From Ranitomeya imitator (taxonomy: Eukaryota), in assembly GCF_032444005.1 (NCBI RefSeq), contig NC_091283.1:191704001-191768000 (forward strand): a stretch of DNA of 64,000 nt, read 5' to 3'. Positions 40,038 to 48,397 of this stretch are shown piece by piece. A program made the position numbers and the translations under genes. Position 1 is the first letter of the stretch, and each line of letters begins with the position of its first letter. The notes below the pieces were generated by a model that searched no databases, was not told where the DNA came from, and worked only from the letters and a program-made list of their open reading frames with translations.

Positions 40038-43000
40038 ATCGATCTGTTATCTATCTATCTATCTATCTATCATCGATGTGTTATCTGTTATCAATCCATT
40101 ATCTATCTATCTATATATTATCTATCATTTATGTATCTATTATCTATTAGCTATCTATCTATGTTTTTTTCAGAGCTGGAAACAGTGGAGGCTTTGGCAA
40201 AGTTTGACTACTTGGCTCGAACTCCTCAGGAACTTTCATTCAAAAAGGGTGATTTGATTGTCTTGCACAGTAAGGCGTCTGGTGACTGGTGGAGAGGGGA
40301 GTCCGGAGGGCAGCGAGGCCTGGTCCCTCACAAGTATATCAACATTCCTGAGGGGTAAGAGATGGTCAGAAGGAATATGGAAACTCTGCAGCACTAAAAG
40401 TTTGGGGTCTTAGCTCCTGAGAACATTGTGCTTGTGATCTTGTGGAAGCCTCACACTGGGCAGCTGGTGATCATTGGTTGTAGCCACTGTCTTCATAGAG
40501 GTGATGACCACCAGCTCTCCATTGTAAGGACCCTGCAAAACATCCCATATCCCACCATAACGGCCCCTGTGCGTGTTATATTAGAATGAAAAAAAAGCAA
40601 GTTGTATTCTATATGTATATATAAAATATGGCCTGCTCACTAATTTTATAGCTCAGAGAAGAAGCTGGAGCAACGAGCTCTCAGGAAGGAAGCGGAGTCC
40701 AGCACAGCCGTCACACCAGACGATATTGTTGAACCCAGCAGGTAAGAGATCAGCTCGCTGGGTGTTGGGCATTTGCCTCCTAGCGTGCTGTGGTGTCTCC
40801 TCACCTGATGACAGATCTGGCAGGAGGGTATGCCCACACAAACCCTTCAACAAACCGTTCTATAATTAAAAAAAACGGACTTGGGGAAAAAAAAGAAGGT
40901 AAACAGGTTACCAGTAATCTGAGCAGCAGCGCTCAATACCAAGCAGCAGCTGCATAAAAAAGTACAATCTCAATTTCCTTAAAATGATATATAAAACATG
41001 TGCCTTGAATATCATTTTGTCCCTATAAATGCTATCTAAGGCTACAATCTTGAGCAAGAAGGCACTTCTGTAACAATATTGCAGGAACTGGAGCGGAAAA
41101 ACATTTGGGTGTGCAGTAAGGTAGTTGTATTGTTATGTAGGAAAGGGTTCTTTACAGTATAAATAGTTAATCTTTGGAATGATGTAGTAGAGTTGACACT
41201 CTAACCAATGTTTTCTCATAATTCTCTTAGGTTACGAGTAAATTCTGATAGCGCGTGCTCCCCCAGAAAACGCAGTGAGGGAAGCCCTATCCGAAAAATC
41301 AGCCCATTCATGGACGCATCCAGGATTCCTTTTCCTATGGCTCATCCTGGTCCAAGGCTGCTAAGTCACATTGAAAGGCAAGATGGAAGACAGGAGTAAA
41401 AGACATGAATATCTATCTTACTATTATCTATCTATCTATCTATCCATTATCTATCTATTATCTAACATGTATTATTNNNNNNNNNNNNNNNNNNNNNNNN
41501 NNNNNNNNNNNNNNNNNNNNNNNNNNNNNNNNNNNNNNNNNNNNNNNNNNNNNNNNNNNNNNNNNNNNNNNNNNNNNNNNNNNNNNNNNNNNNNNNNNNN
41601 NNNNNNNNNNNNNNNNNNNNNNNNNNNNNNNNNNNNNNNNNNNNNNNNNNNNNNNNNNNNNNNNNNNNNNNNNNNNNNNNNNNNNNNNNNNNNNNNNNNN
41701 NNNNNNNNNNNNNNNNNNNNNNNNNNNNNNNNNNNNNNNNNNNNNNNNNNNNNNNNNNNNNNNNNNNNNNNNNNNNNNNNNNNNNNNNNNNNNNNNNNNN
41801 NNNNNNNNNNNNNNNNNNNNNNNNNNNNNNNNNNNNNNNNNNNNNNNNNNNNNNNNNNNNNNNNNNNNNNNNNNNNNNNNNNNNNNNNNNNNNNNNNNNN
41901 NNNNNNNNNNNNNNNNNNNNNNNNNNNNNNNNNNNNNNNNNNNNNNNNNNNNNNNNNNNNNNNNNNNNNNNNNNNNNNNNNNNNNNNNNNNNNNNNNNNN
42001 NNNNNNNNNNNNNNNNNNNNNNNNNNNNNNNNNNNNNNNNNNNNNNNNNNNNNNNNNNNNNNNNNNNNNNNNNNNNNNNNNNNNNNNNNNNNNNNNNNNN
42101 NNNNNNNNNNNNNNNNNNNNNNNNNNNNNNNNNNNNNNNNNNNNNNNNNNNNNNNNNNNNNNNNNNNNNNNNNNNNNNNNNNNNNNNNNNNNNNNNNNNN
42201 NNNNNNNNNNNNNNNNNNNNNNNNNNNNNNNNNNNNNNNNNNNNNNNNNNNNNNNNNNNNNNNNNNNNNNNNNNNNNNNNNNNNNNNNNNNNNNNNNNNN
42301 NNNNNNNNNNNNNNNNNNNNNNNNNNNNNNNNNNNNNNNNNNNNNNNNCCATCTTTATATCTATCTTGAGACGTTATATGTAAATTGATATTATGACCTA
42401 ATAATAATTATATTATGATACTATTTTTTATTCGGTTACTTTTTTTTTTTTTACATTTGCTTTGTTTTGTCTTACCAGAACACCAGGGGAGAGGAGAAAC
42501 CATATGGACGGTGTGCCTAAGGGGACATTTGCAATGAAAACCTGGCAAAGCGATCGTCAAGGCATAGAAGTAGATAAGGTCATTACTTTAATGTGGTTGT
42601 GAAAAAAAGTGAAAATAGAAAACAGAGGGGAAGCTGGCGGTCCTATGTGCTGTCATACGGATGCTGCCTTGATCACCATCTTTGTCAACATTCACACACC
42701 ACTGCTGAAACGGCGGATGTTGAATTTGTGTTCATATCCAGTTAAAATACTACAGCTTAGCACTGGAAGTGTTGTCATAGGGCAAACAGACGTCTGCAGC
42801 TTTATTCAGTGCTATATTGGTAGTTTTTTTTTATCTTCTACTATGTTGTAAGTTATCATATATACTGGGGTGTAGCTAGTGTCGGACTGGGGCACAAAGG
42901 GCCTTTCAGTAACCAACTGCGGGGCACCAGTTTTTAGCTACATGCAAATGTGACAATCACAAATGTATATAACAATGATCTGGGTAGATTGCTAACTGAA

Positions 43001-43513
43001 TAAGATGCCGCCTTTGTCTGTACATAGTGATTCAAGTATATTGTGCCCAGCACTGCTCATATAAGAGGGTGGTGGCCCACCGGAGGATTCTCCTGCTCTT
43101 GTGTGGGCCAGTCCGAGCCTGGGTGTAGCTATAGGGGGGGTTAGAGGAACCAGTCACCCAACCCTGGAGCCCAATGAGTATTGTAGGGCAGATTTTGCAG
43201 GAGATCCAGGTTCTGCATCTGCTCATAGCCTGGCGGGACCTCCATGTAGACCTTCCATGAGTAATAATCTAAAATATTGCATTTTTGTCCCCCCTCTACA
43301 TGACAGGATGTGACAAAAAACATGGACAGTGTTTTCAAGGAGCTGTTGGGTAAAGCAGCGCACAGACACGGCGTCGGGGAAGAAGCAAGTGAAGTCACCA
43401 AAGCAGGGAAGCCCCGGGAGACTAAACCTCATGCACCAAGCGCATTCGAGCAAGTACGCGGGAGCCCAGCGGGCAAAAAGGGACCTCAAGGAAGAGCCGT
43501 ATTTCGAAGATGA
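3030..43513 (+). CDS. ARHGAP4: Rho GTPase-activating protein 4 (srGAP family), 5'-partial; join(3030-3092,14592-14774,14939-15067,15151-15372,15460-15561,16532-16726,17512-17596,19375-19402,21623-21725,27555-27615,28345-28422,29400-29534,36923-37025,37439-37672,39778-39854,40174-40354,40652-40741,41231-41395,42479-42578,43307-43513)
   Basis: The 20 exons have AG/GT (one GC) boundaries and compatible phases, totalling 2541 nt = 846 aa + stop. Motifs: [13 protein letters not shown], Rho[15 protein letters not shown] (Arg finger) and [25 protein letters not shown]3 AKFDY...ELSFKKGD...DWWRG...GLVPHKYI. The C-terminal [16 protein letters not shown] is diagnostic of ARHGAP4 versus SRGAP1-3. Confidence 0.93.
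3387..4071. mobile_element. MITE, probably PIF/Harbinger-type, with long palindromic arms and a central telomere-like array
   Basis: TAA|GGCTGGTTTCAGATTTGCG...CGCAAATGTGAAACTAGCC|TTA; arms rich in AAACGC; centre (CCCTAA)n/CCCTAGGGAT. Confidence 0.75.
5035..6375 (+). repeat. 28-bp minisatellite (CATGGCTCCTTATCCCCATCCTTGTCTG)n split by a solo LTR
   Basis: Tandem units at 5035-5202 and 5989-6375. Confidence 0.9.
5203..5988 (-). mobile_element. Solo LTR, Gypsy chromovirus family related to the 30486-36272 element
   Basis: TG...CA termini. The reverse complement starts TGTTGTGAATT and ends TCATAACA like the full element's LTRs, and internal homology is visible. CATGGC is duplicated at both flanks. 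Confidence 0.88.
7557..9161 (-). mobile_element. Tc1-like DD34E transposon, full length; transposase 8795-7773 with one in-frame TGA
   Basis: TA TSD, ~200-bp TIRs (CAGTGGGGCAAAAAAGTATTTAG), paired-HTH N-terminus, WSDETK / QHDNDPKH / SPDLNPIE with 34-residue D-E spacing. Confidence 0.95.
9492..9595 (+). repeat. 17-bp tandem repeat (CACATCACATGCGCGAC) x6
   Basis: Directly visible. Confidence 0.85.
11290..12863 (-). mobile_element. Tc1-like transposon (DD34E, QDNARPH type), frameshifted
   Basis: TA TSD, TIR CACTGCTCAAAAAAATAAAGGGAACACT; transposase pieces 12566-12051 and 11999-11547 ([22 protein letters not shown]). Confidence 0.92.
13201..13325 (-). mobile_element. L2-like LINE 3' fragment
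   Basis: The reverse strand encodes ...[20 protein letters not shown], a typical L2 RT C-terminus. Confidence 0.65.
13545..14510 (+). repeat. ~65-70-bp degenerate minisatellite (ACCATACAGTGCAAGGATAAAATACCGTACTGTGCCTAAATAGCAGTGTCATACATTGCCTAAAT...)
   Basis: More than ten tandem diverged units immediately upstream of exon 14592. Confidence 0.85.
14592..14774 (+). CDS. ARHGAP4: ARHGAP4 exon (AMKTYQLYH...[14 protein letters not shown])
   Basis: gacag|GCC ATG AAG...GAGAAG|gtaagg; 183 nt. Confidence 0.93.
14939..15067 (+). CDS. ARHGAP4: ARHGAP4 exon ([19 protein letters not shown]...DVSDLID)
   Basis: tttttag|AGG...GAT|gtaggt; 129 nt. Confidence 0.93.
15151..15372 (+). CDS. ARHGAP4: ARHGAP4 exon ([11 protein letters not shown]...[16 protein letters not shown])
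   Basis: cggcag|TGT...GAG|gtatgg; 222 nt. Confidence 0.93.
15460..15561 (+). CDS. ARHGAP4: ARHGAP4 exon (VLEVRSE...[14 protein letters not shown])
   Basis: cttctccag|GTG...GAG|gtacgt; 102 nt. Confidence 0.92.
16532..16726 (+). CDS. ARHGAP4: ARHGAP4 exon ([13 protein letters not shown]...STESLKS...[10 protein letters not shown])
   Basis: ttttcag|GTG...ACG|gtgaga; 195 nt. Confidence 0.93.
17512..17596 (+). CDS. ARHGAP4: ARHGAP4 exon ([28 protein letters not shown]) with GC donor
   Basis: ttttag|AAA...AAAG|gcaagt; 85 nt, ends phase 1. Confidence 0.88.
17958..18353 (+). repeat. 99-bp tandem repeat x4
   Basis: Units start at 17958, 18057, 18156 and 18255 and are near-identical. Confidence 0.92.
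18470..19060. mobile_element. Palindromic TTAA MITE (T2/Kolobok-like); related copy at about 28700-29110
   Basis: TTAA-AGTGTAACC start; inverted arms around the centre at about 18760. Confidence 0.6.
19375..19402 (+). CDS. ARHGAP4: ARHGAP4 28-nt exon ([10 protein letters not shown])
   Basis: tttccattttcctctgcag|CT...GG|gtatgt. Phase 1-2; it bridges the flanking exons in frame. Confidence 0.8.
20031..20845. mobile_element. Non-coding insertion with direct and inverted terminal repeats (Penelope-like architecture)
   Basis: 423-bp-period direct repeat followed by a ~220-bp inverted arm; flanked by a duplicated CTATCCAATGGATAGTT (20014-20030, 20846-20862). Confidence 0.55.
21623..21725 (+). CDS. 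ARHGAP4: ARHGAP4 exon ([34 protein letters not shown])
   Basis: ggtttcag|G...CAG|gtaccc; 103 nt, phase 2-0; RPSSQYN motif. Confidence 0.9.
23950..24960 (+). repeat. 44-bp minisatellite with a 132-bp higher-order repeat core
   Basis: GCATGACACC... monomers; three variant monomers recur in fixed order at about 24088-24480. Confidence 0.85.
25429..25456 (+). CDS. ARHGAP4: Candidate alternative (mutually exclusive) microexon of ARHGAP4, (G)RRRYLSRAK
   Basis: Long pyrimidine tract, ctctgcttgcag|G AGA...AAG|gtacat. Phase 2-0, the same as exon 21623-21725. TGCATG lies at 25483. Confidence 0.65.
26300..26920 (+). repeat. ~155-bp tandem repeat x4
   Basis: AGTCTGAA...GCTAGCTACTTCC units starting near 26307, 26461, 26627 and 26781. 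Confidence 0.85.
27555..27615 (+). CDS. ARHGAP4: ARHGAP4 exon ([20 protein letters not shown]), RhoGAP start
   Basis: cacccag|AGT...CACG|gtgggt; 61 nt. Confidence 0.93.
27734..28259. mobile_element. T2/Kolobok-type MITE; family copies also at about 7126-7506, 45420-45766, 46471-46828, 50184-50480 and 58256-60041
   Basis: TTAA flanks, AG..ACCTRTCAC termini, shared internal inverted motif AGGAACAAAAGAAAAACATCGCCGGATTCAGGAGAACAGCGGCATTTAC. Confidence 0.75.
28345..28422 (+). CDS. ARHGAP4: ARHGAP4 exon ([26 protein letters not shown]), arginine finger
   Basis: ttctatag|GT...AGAG|gttcgt; 78 nt. Confidence 0.94.
29400..29534 (+). CDS. ARHGAP4: ARHGAP4 exon (GEDRLD...[18 protein letters not shown]...LSSL)
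   Basis: tttccag|GT...CTCC|gtgagt; 135 nt. Confidence 0.94.
30639..30645 (+). promoter_or_regulatory. LTR TATA box (TATTTAA); copy at 35632-35638
   Basis: Lies about 30 nt upstream of the inferred R start that pairs with the PBS. Confidence 0.6.
31416..32237 (+). CDS. Gypsy gag (capsid-like + CCHC knuckle)
   Basis: 273-aa ORF; [14 protein letters not shown] zinc knuckle; apparent 1-nt frameshift near 32225 before the protease. Confidence 0.9.
   Translation: MDIQGLSSCVDHLTARVQNIQDFVVQNPMLEPRIPIPDLFSGDRSKFLNFKNNCKLFLALKPRSSGNPVQQVKIIISLLRGDPQDWAFSLAPGDPALRDVDAFFLALGLLYDEPNSVDQAEKILLALCQGQDEAEVYCQKFRKWSVLTQWNECALAAIFRKGLSEALKDVMVGFPTPAGLNESMFLAIQIDRRLRERKTVHHLAVFSEHRPEPMQCDRTLTRVERQEHRRQNGLCFYCGDSTHAISDCPKRTKRFARSATIGTVQSKFLLPLL
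32264..35638 (+). CDS. Gypsy pol: protease-RT-RNase H-integrase-chromodomain
   Basis: FVDSGA, YLDD, DAS...ELLA, HHCC, D-D35-E, GPY motif, [10 protein letters not shown]...YLVKWKGY...NSW chromodomain. Confidence 0.95.
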   Translation: MAFVDSGAALNLMDLEFARRCGFFLEPLQHPIPLRGIDATPLAKNKPQYWTQLTMSMAPAHQEDIRFLVLHNLHDVVVLGLPWLQVHNPVLDWKSMSVSGWGCQGVHGDVPLLSISSSTPSEVPEFLSDYRDVFEEPKSGALPPHRDCDCAINLIPGSKFPKGRLFNLSVPEHAAMRSYIKESLEKGHIRPSSSPLGAGFFFVAKKDGSLRPCIDYCLLNKITVKFQYPLPLLSDLFARIKGASWFTKIDLRGAYNLVRIKQGDEWKTAFNTPEGHFEYLVMPFGLSNAPSVFQSFMHDIFREYLDRFMMVYLDDILVFSDDWESHVKQVRMVFQVLRANSLFVKGSKCLFGVPKVSFLGFIFSPSTIEMDPVKVQAIYDWTQPTSGKSLQKFLGFADFYRRFIANFSSVAKPLTDLTKKGADVVNWSSAAVEAFQELKRHFSSAPVLCQPDVSLPFQVEVDASEIGAGAVLSQRSSDCSVMKPCAFFSRKFSPAERNYDVGNRELLAMKWAFEEWRHWLEGAKHRVVVLTDHKNLTYLESAKRLNPRQARWSLFFSRFDFVVSYFPGSKNVKADALSRSFVPDSPDVPEPAGILKEGVILSAISPDLRRVLQKFQADRPDRCPAEKLFVPDRWTSRVISEVHCSVLAAHPGIFGTRDLVARSFWWPSLSRDVRSFVQSCGTCARAKPCCSRASGLFLPLPVPKRPWTHISMDFISDLPVSQRMSVIWVVCDRFSKMVHLVPLSKLPSSSDLVPLFFQHVVSLHGIPENIVSDRGSQFVSRFWRSFCAKMGIDLSFSSAFHPQTNGQTERTNQTLETYLRCFVSADQDDWVSFLPLAEFALNNRASSATLVSPFFCNSGFHPRFYSGQVESSDCPGVDTVVDRLQQIWTHVVDNLTLSQEKAQRFANRRRCVGPRLRVGDLVWLSSRHVPMKVSSPKFKPRFIGPYKISEVLNPVSFRLALPASFAIHNVFHRSLLRRYVAPMVPSVDPPAPVLVEGELEYVVEKILDSRISRQKLQYLVKWKGYGQEDNSWVFASDVHAAVLVHAFHLARPDRPGGSGEGSVTPPQGGGGTVVNSVIDLPPVVMNGTSASSVHGLPLVAVSCAAASEVPSTGDGVYSLAGCSI
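36923..37025 (+). CDS. ARHGAP4: ARHGAP4 exon ([12 protein letters not shown]...[11 protein letters not shown])
   Basis: ccatcag|AA...CA|gtaagt; 103 nt. Confidence 0.93.
37439..37672 (+). CDS. ARHGAP4: ARHGAP4 exon ([23 protein letters not shown]...GPVYEKCM...EEY)
   Basis: ttttctag|T...TG|gtgagt; 234 nt. Confidence 0.95.
37816..39535 (+). mobile_element. Degenerate Frog Prince-like Tc1 transposon, 3'-truncated, with a solo LTR in its left TIR
   Basis: TA|CAGTTGTGTGAAAAAGTGTTTGCCCC; remnant [24 protein letters not shown]...[11 protein letters not shown]; QQDNDPK remnant; many frameshifts. Confidence 0.85.
37928..38505. mobile_element. Solo LTR (578 bp)
   Basis: TGTCACG...TGACA; ATAAG/ATAAC flanks; it interrupts a contiguous Tc1 TIR. 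Confidence 0.75.
39778..39854 (+). CDS. ARHGAP4: ARHGAP4 exon ([26 protein letters not shown])
   Basis: catttag|T...GATG|gtaaga; 77 nt, phase 2-1. Confidence 0.85.
39870..40162 (+). repeat. (TCTA)n microsatellite filling nearly the whole intron
   Basis: Directly visible. Confidence 0.95.
40174..40354 (+). CDS. ARHGAP4: ARHGAP4 SH3 exon
   Basis: ttttcag|AG...GG|gtaaga; [22 protein letters not shown]...DWWRGE...GLVPHKYI. Confidence 0.95.
40652..40741 (+). CDS. ARHGAP4: ARHGAP4 exon ([12 protein letters not shown]...IVEPSR)
   Basis: ttttatag|C...AG|gtaaga; 90 nt, phase 2-2. Confidence 0.85.
41231..41395 (+). CDS. ARHGAP4: ARHGAP4 exon ([23 protein letters not shown]...ERQDGRQ)
   Basis: ctcttag|G acceptor, open frame, weak phase-2 donor GA|gtaaaa; 165 nt. 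The donor is less certain, and an assembly gap follows. Confidence 0.7.
41477..42348. other. Assembly gap (N run) inside a TCTA microsatellite
   Basis: N bases. Confidence 1.
42479..42578 (+). CDS. ARHGAP4: ARHGAP4 exon (TPGERRN...RQGIEVDK)
   Basis: cttaccag|A...AAG|gtcatt; 100 nt, phase 2-0; ends in EVDK. Confidence 0.88.
43307..43513 (+). CDS. ARHGAP4: ARHGAP4 last coding exon ([16 protein letters not shown]...RAVFRR*)
   Basis: gacag|GAT...TGA; [12 protein letters not shown] motif. Confidence 0.92.
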   Translation, partial: DVTKNMDSVFKELLGKAAHRHGVGEEASEVTKAGKPRETKPHAPSAFEQVRGSPAGKKGPQGRAVFRR

Positions 43514-44256
43514 ATTTGGAGACAAGAAAGGAACGTAGAATCCATTCATTTCCATGCACCTCGCTCCCCTGGGCTCAAATCAGTATTGGAGTGCTGGACA
43601 ATAGAGGAAGGAAGGACGTGTGATAATATTTACATTCGTTTCAATGTATCAGTCTATGTTTCTGCCATAAAGAAAAGCACAGTCGTGTGAAGCTAATTGG
43701 AGCTTCTCCCTCCCCAAAAACCAGCGTGGGCCAATGTCCAACCATTAGGGAAGCACCAGGGGGGATAGAAAAAGCAGATATAGACTGTTGGCTGCGGATA
43801 GCGGCCGTGGCTCCTATCCAATTCAACAACGTTCATTTTTAACCCATTGGTATTTAGGTTTCCTGGCATCTAGACCAGATTCCTGCTCAGCAGAATGATA
43901 CCAGCAGGTTGGCACAAGCACAGCCAATAACACCACTAACGATCCCCCATCTTTTATACTGATCATACAATCAGCCAGCATTAGATTCTCCGCGGGAATG
44001 AACTAGACATTGTTAGGACGGTGACATTTCGAGAGTATCCGTCCACTTTTTTAGTACTTGCGAAGCGGCTTTCATGTTACTGTGGGGTCCGTTCAAGTTT
44101 AAATATGAGTACACTGCGAATAGCACAGGCACCGACAACAGGCGTGCAATGTCAAGGAGATTTATATAGATGTCACTAGGTGGCGCTAGCTGCATCATTT
44201 TACATTTTATGCTTGCTATTGAGCAGTTGAGTGAAGTCTATTGAGTGGTACCTTAA

Positions 44257-44588
44257 AGGGGATCTGTCACCAGGTCAAAAGTGGCCAGTTCTTGGTTTTA
44301 TTTGCTTCCCTGATTATTCTATTTTTTGTCTTTTTAAAATCCGACATGCAGTTCCAAAGATATGGGCCATTTTGTTTAGTGGTAGTTTGTTTTTTTTCCG
44401 GATCTTTTGAAACAGGGCGTGGCTTGCAGGATCCTCAGGGGCGTGGCCCCTCCGATAATAAAAAAAAAAGCCCATATCTCTGAAACCGTATGGCAGATTT
44501 AGAAAAAATAAAAAAACATAATTTTCAGGGGAGCAGCGTAAAAAAGATTAAAGCATAAAAATGGAGCCCATATTTGACATAGGCCTCT
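44257..44588. mobile_element. TTAA MITE (T2-like)
   Basis: TTAA|AGGGGATCTGTCAC...GACATAGGCCTCT|TTAA. Confidence 0.65.
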
Positions 44589-47500
44589 TTAATAGGGCTA
44601 AGTTGATCCTTAATGTAAAAATAATCATTGTTGTCAAATGGTGTTACTTTTAGTGGTATCCACCTACTTGTACTCCATGTGACCACTTTGTTTAAAAGTT
44701 CTGTTGCCGCGGGTTATGTTTGCCCACAGCCATACAGTACATTTTGGTGGTTTCGCATGTGCGGTACTGTTTTCAATCTACATTATACTCCCTATACTAT
44801 GCAGCTGAAAATCTAAGAAAACTACGTGTGTGATGTGACGAGATGGGGAACTGTAGGCCATTGTGTCTCAGCGCACAATTTGGAGCACATTTTGGGAATT
44901 CTACACCGAATTTTTAATTAGGATATGAAATTTACAAAAAAAAAGTACTTTTGTGTAATAATAAATTAGCAGATTAGATTCCTTGCCACCAATTTCAAAG
45001 CCTACTTTGCGTAATGGGAAAACCCCTTTAATGACCTTCGATGGACGTTGCTTCTCTAGAATTAAAGGGTTACACAGACCAAGGAGCAAAGCCATATGGC
45101 AGCTACATGGGCTTCTGAGAGGGGTCTCAGTCATGATTCCTTCACCTTTCGGTATTGGGTAACAAAACTTATCAGGCATTTTTGTATTGTGTGGAAAAAC
45201 TCAATACCATAATGGAGGCCTATATGGCTTTCTGTAATGTTAACTCAAAACAAAACTGAAAGTAAAACTATCCTTGTTGCCGATAGCAACCAATCAGAGC
45301 TGCGCATTCATTTCTTAAACTGTTCAGGTAAAATGAAAGCTGAGAGCTGATTAGTTGCTATGGGAAACAGACAGTTTTCATATAACTGCCCTACTGAGTG
45401 TGATATTGGGGTCACTTAAAGATGGCCTGTCACTTGCCATAAATATATATATTTTTCTCCTAGTGTAAATCACGCTGTTTTCCTGAGTCTGACATTGCTT
45501 TTCTTTTCTTCCTGCTCCTCTCAATTCCCTGTATATAAATCTAGCCTTTTTTGGCCAAATAGGTGTGGTCTTGAGCTCTTCTCTATTGGCATCTTTTGGA
45601 GGACCACGCCCAGTTGGCCAAAAAAGACGATTTATATACAACAGAGCCATATCTCGGGAATGGATAGGAGCAGGAACAAATGAAAAGCAAGGCTGGATTC
45701 AGGAGAATCTCAACATTTACATGAGGTAAAAAAAAGGCATATTTATAGCGAGTGACAGGTCCTCTTTTTTAATAACGATACAATACAATCTATGGATAAA
45801 GGTGGCACTGTTTCTAGAAGAAAGCGGCCATGTTTTTGTAGTATTGGACAACCCCTTTTAAACGTTGTCTAAAGACGTCTCAAGGCTCATACATGACAGA
45901 TATCGCTTACTAATAAAGTGACTTGACTTTAATGTGACACTTTTGTCTTTATAAAATTTCCATATTATGTAAAATTTCAAAAGACCGGAGTCCAAATTAT
46001 TCCAGATTAAAGGAATTTTACTGCTTTCCATACACTTATATCAGTAACGAGATATTCTAAATGTATTCTTCAGGCATATGCCAAATTATTGACAGTGCAG
46101 GGTGCCCTTTTTTCAAGATATATTGGTTACCCATATTCAGCCATCTATGGACCATGGTCCTATGGACCATGTTGCTCAGACTGGTCACAGGTTTTCCTGA
46201 CTCGAACTTGACAGCGTCTTGTACACGTCTGAAGGAGGCTCAAAATGCAGCTCTAAAAACTTTTGTTTGGGAGGATTCGGTAAGTTCAGTCATGATGATT
46301 TCATTAGGAACTGGGTAACACTCCACTTCTCCTGTTGTGGTGGAACACAAAAACTAGACTTACTGCGGGGAAAACGTGTAATCTACCGATCAATGGGGCC
46401 ACCTTCTTACAAAAAGTCACTTTTCAACCAGGCATCCCCTTTAATATGAACCGCCCCAAAAAACTCTTAAAGGCGACCTTTTCATTTTCATAAATTTTTA
46501 ACTTTTTTACCTGGTATAAATACCACTGTTCTGCTGAATATGGGGTCACTTTTCTTTTCTTTCTACTCCTCTCCGTTCTGGAGATATGGCCTTCTGCTTT
46601 ATGTATATAAACCCAGACTTGTTAGCCAAGGAGGCCGGAACCTCTATGTGAGCGTTTTCTCGATGATCACACCCACTTGGCTAACAAGACTAAATTTATA
46701 TATAGAGAAGAAGGAGTTATATCTCAGGAATGGAGAGGCACAGGAAAAAAAAGAAAAAACAGCTCCGGATTCAGTGGCTTTTACAAAAGGTTAAATATAT
46801 ATATATTTATGACAAGTGAAGGGTCCTCATTAGAGAAATATGCTATCCCGTGTTGATTTTTACATGATTATTTTTGTCTCTCATCTTTTTCCATTCAATA
46901 ACCTCTAATTATAAGGATGTAACAGAGCTGAGCTGTACCGATAGATGCCATATTCCGTGCTCTGCCTATAATAAGCACATAGTCATGCTGGAAAGCAAAA
47001 ATAACATTTAGTAAAAGTTGCAGGAGGGTGCATAGAAGCAAATAAAATTCACAAGAGTAGGAAAATCTCTGCCTAAAGTCTGCTATTGGAGGGAACCTAA
47101 ATCAGGCAGATTTTCTGCCTGATCATATCCGTATCAAGAGATAAGTGGCGCCACATTGTCCAGGTGCCACTTATTACTCCCTAAACCCACCAATGATGAG
47201 TGGTTGACCATTATTTTATAGCTATTTCTCCAGCAAAATAAACCATACAATATATACACAAAACATTTTTTTATTATCATCCAGGAATGAGATCTTCTCG
47301 TCTATGAGGCAGCTTACGGTTTCAATACATTTCCCATATTAATGGCACAAAAGACATGTGAGGGTTCTTTTTATGGACCTGGCACTTTTTTTCTTAGATC
47401 GTCTGTTCTTGTAGTTTTGCTTGTGGTTAAAGTCTTTTTGCTGTATGTGCATCATTTTCAAACCTCGCCCTACAGTTTTATCGCCCTCTGTCACTGCTTT

Positions 47501-47660
47501 TATCTTGGCATAACTCGGCACTCTGGCAGTTGGGTTACCGAAGCTCTAGGGTACCCATGTTCGGTGTGCCTTATCTGTTTGTAACCGTACACTATCCCAT
47601 ATCTTACTGTGATCTTCAAGTTATGGAGAATAGTTTGACTTCTTGAGTTCGGAGCCCATA

Positions 47661-47813
47661 TGGAGTCTTGGAAGAACGTCTTCGCATTGATCTTCTGCGG
47701 CTATAGATGTGTGGAGTCTAGGAAGAACGTCTTCACATTGATCTTCTGCGGCTATAGGTCTGTGGAGTCTTGGAAGAACGTCTTCACATTGATCTTCCGT
47801 GGCTATAGATGCA
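47661..47813 (+). repeat. 51-bp tandem repeat x3
   Basis: TGGAGTCTTGGAAGAACGTCTTC... units. Confidence 0.85.
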
Positions 47814-48055
47814 TAAGACTATATAACAGAGGCCTTTTACCCTATACTCCTGTGCCAGTTCTCACCAAAATACAGCTGTTTGTGCATACAGAGAAATGCC
47901 AATAAAACATGGTATTTATACCCACTTTTGTTTTGCGTGCTTCTTTGGGTTAGGTCAGCCTAAATTGGGTCCATTGGCATCATGATATTTTTAATTGGGC
48001 ATACTTAGTTGGCAGCTTCCCCCAATGCCATTGTCTATTGGTGCCAATTTGGTTT

Positions 48056-48397
48056 TCACACTTCTTTTCTGAGGGCCACACGGATGCCACCAAGTGCTTT
48101 ACCCACGGCCTCAAAGATTGGGTCACAGAAGGTACGGAGACAAGCGGCATAGAACTGGCCCAGGCATTGGATTTCCATTTGGTAACTCTTGACGCAAGGG
48201 ACTACAGCCCAGATGTGACAGAATGAAAGGCAAGCGAAAAGGAAGCCCCACAGAAGGGCCAGCGGAATGCCAAAAACAGCAGAGATCACTCGGTAAAACC
48301 AGTATTTGGTGACGGTAAAGGTGGTGTTGCTAGCCTTCCACACGCCGTCAAAGCTGTGAATGCTATCTGGTTCAGCGATTACATCCTCGAAATCCAC
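48056..48397 (-). CDS. Caveolin last coding exon ([10 protein letters not shown]...LRKEV*)
   Basis: FEDVIAEP signature; AG acceptor with branch-like CTTAAC upstream. Confidence 0.95.
   Translation of the reverse strand: MDFEDVIAEPDSIHSFDGVWKASNTTFTVTKYWFYRVISAVFGIPLALLWGFLFACLSFCHIWAVVPCVKSYQMEIQCLGQFYAACLRTFCDPIFEAVGKALGGIRVALRKEV

Noticed and set aside
41371-42388. Long ORFs of about 300-330 aa
   Set aside because: Composed of N bases (assembly gap)
43514-48055. AVPR2 or another gene between ARHGAP4 and the caveolin
   Set aside because: No GPCR-like or other credible coding exons were seen; the interval is MITEs and UTR-like sequence
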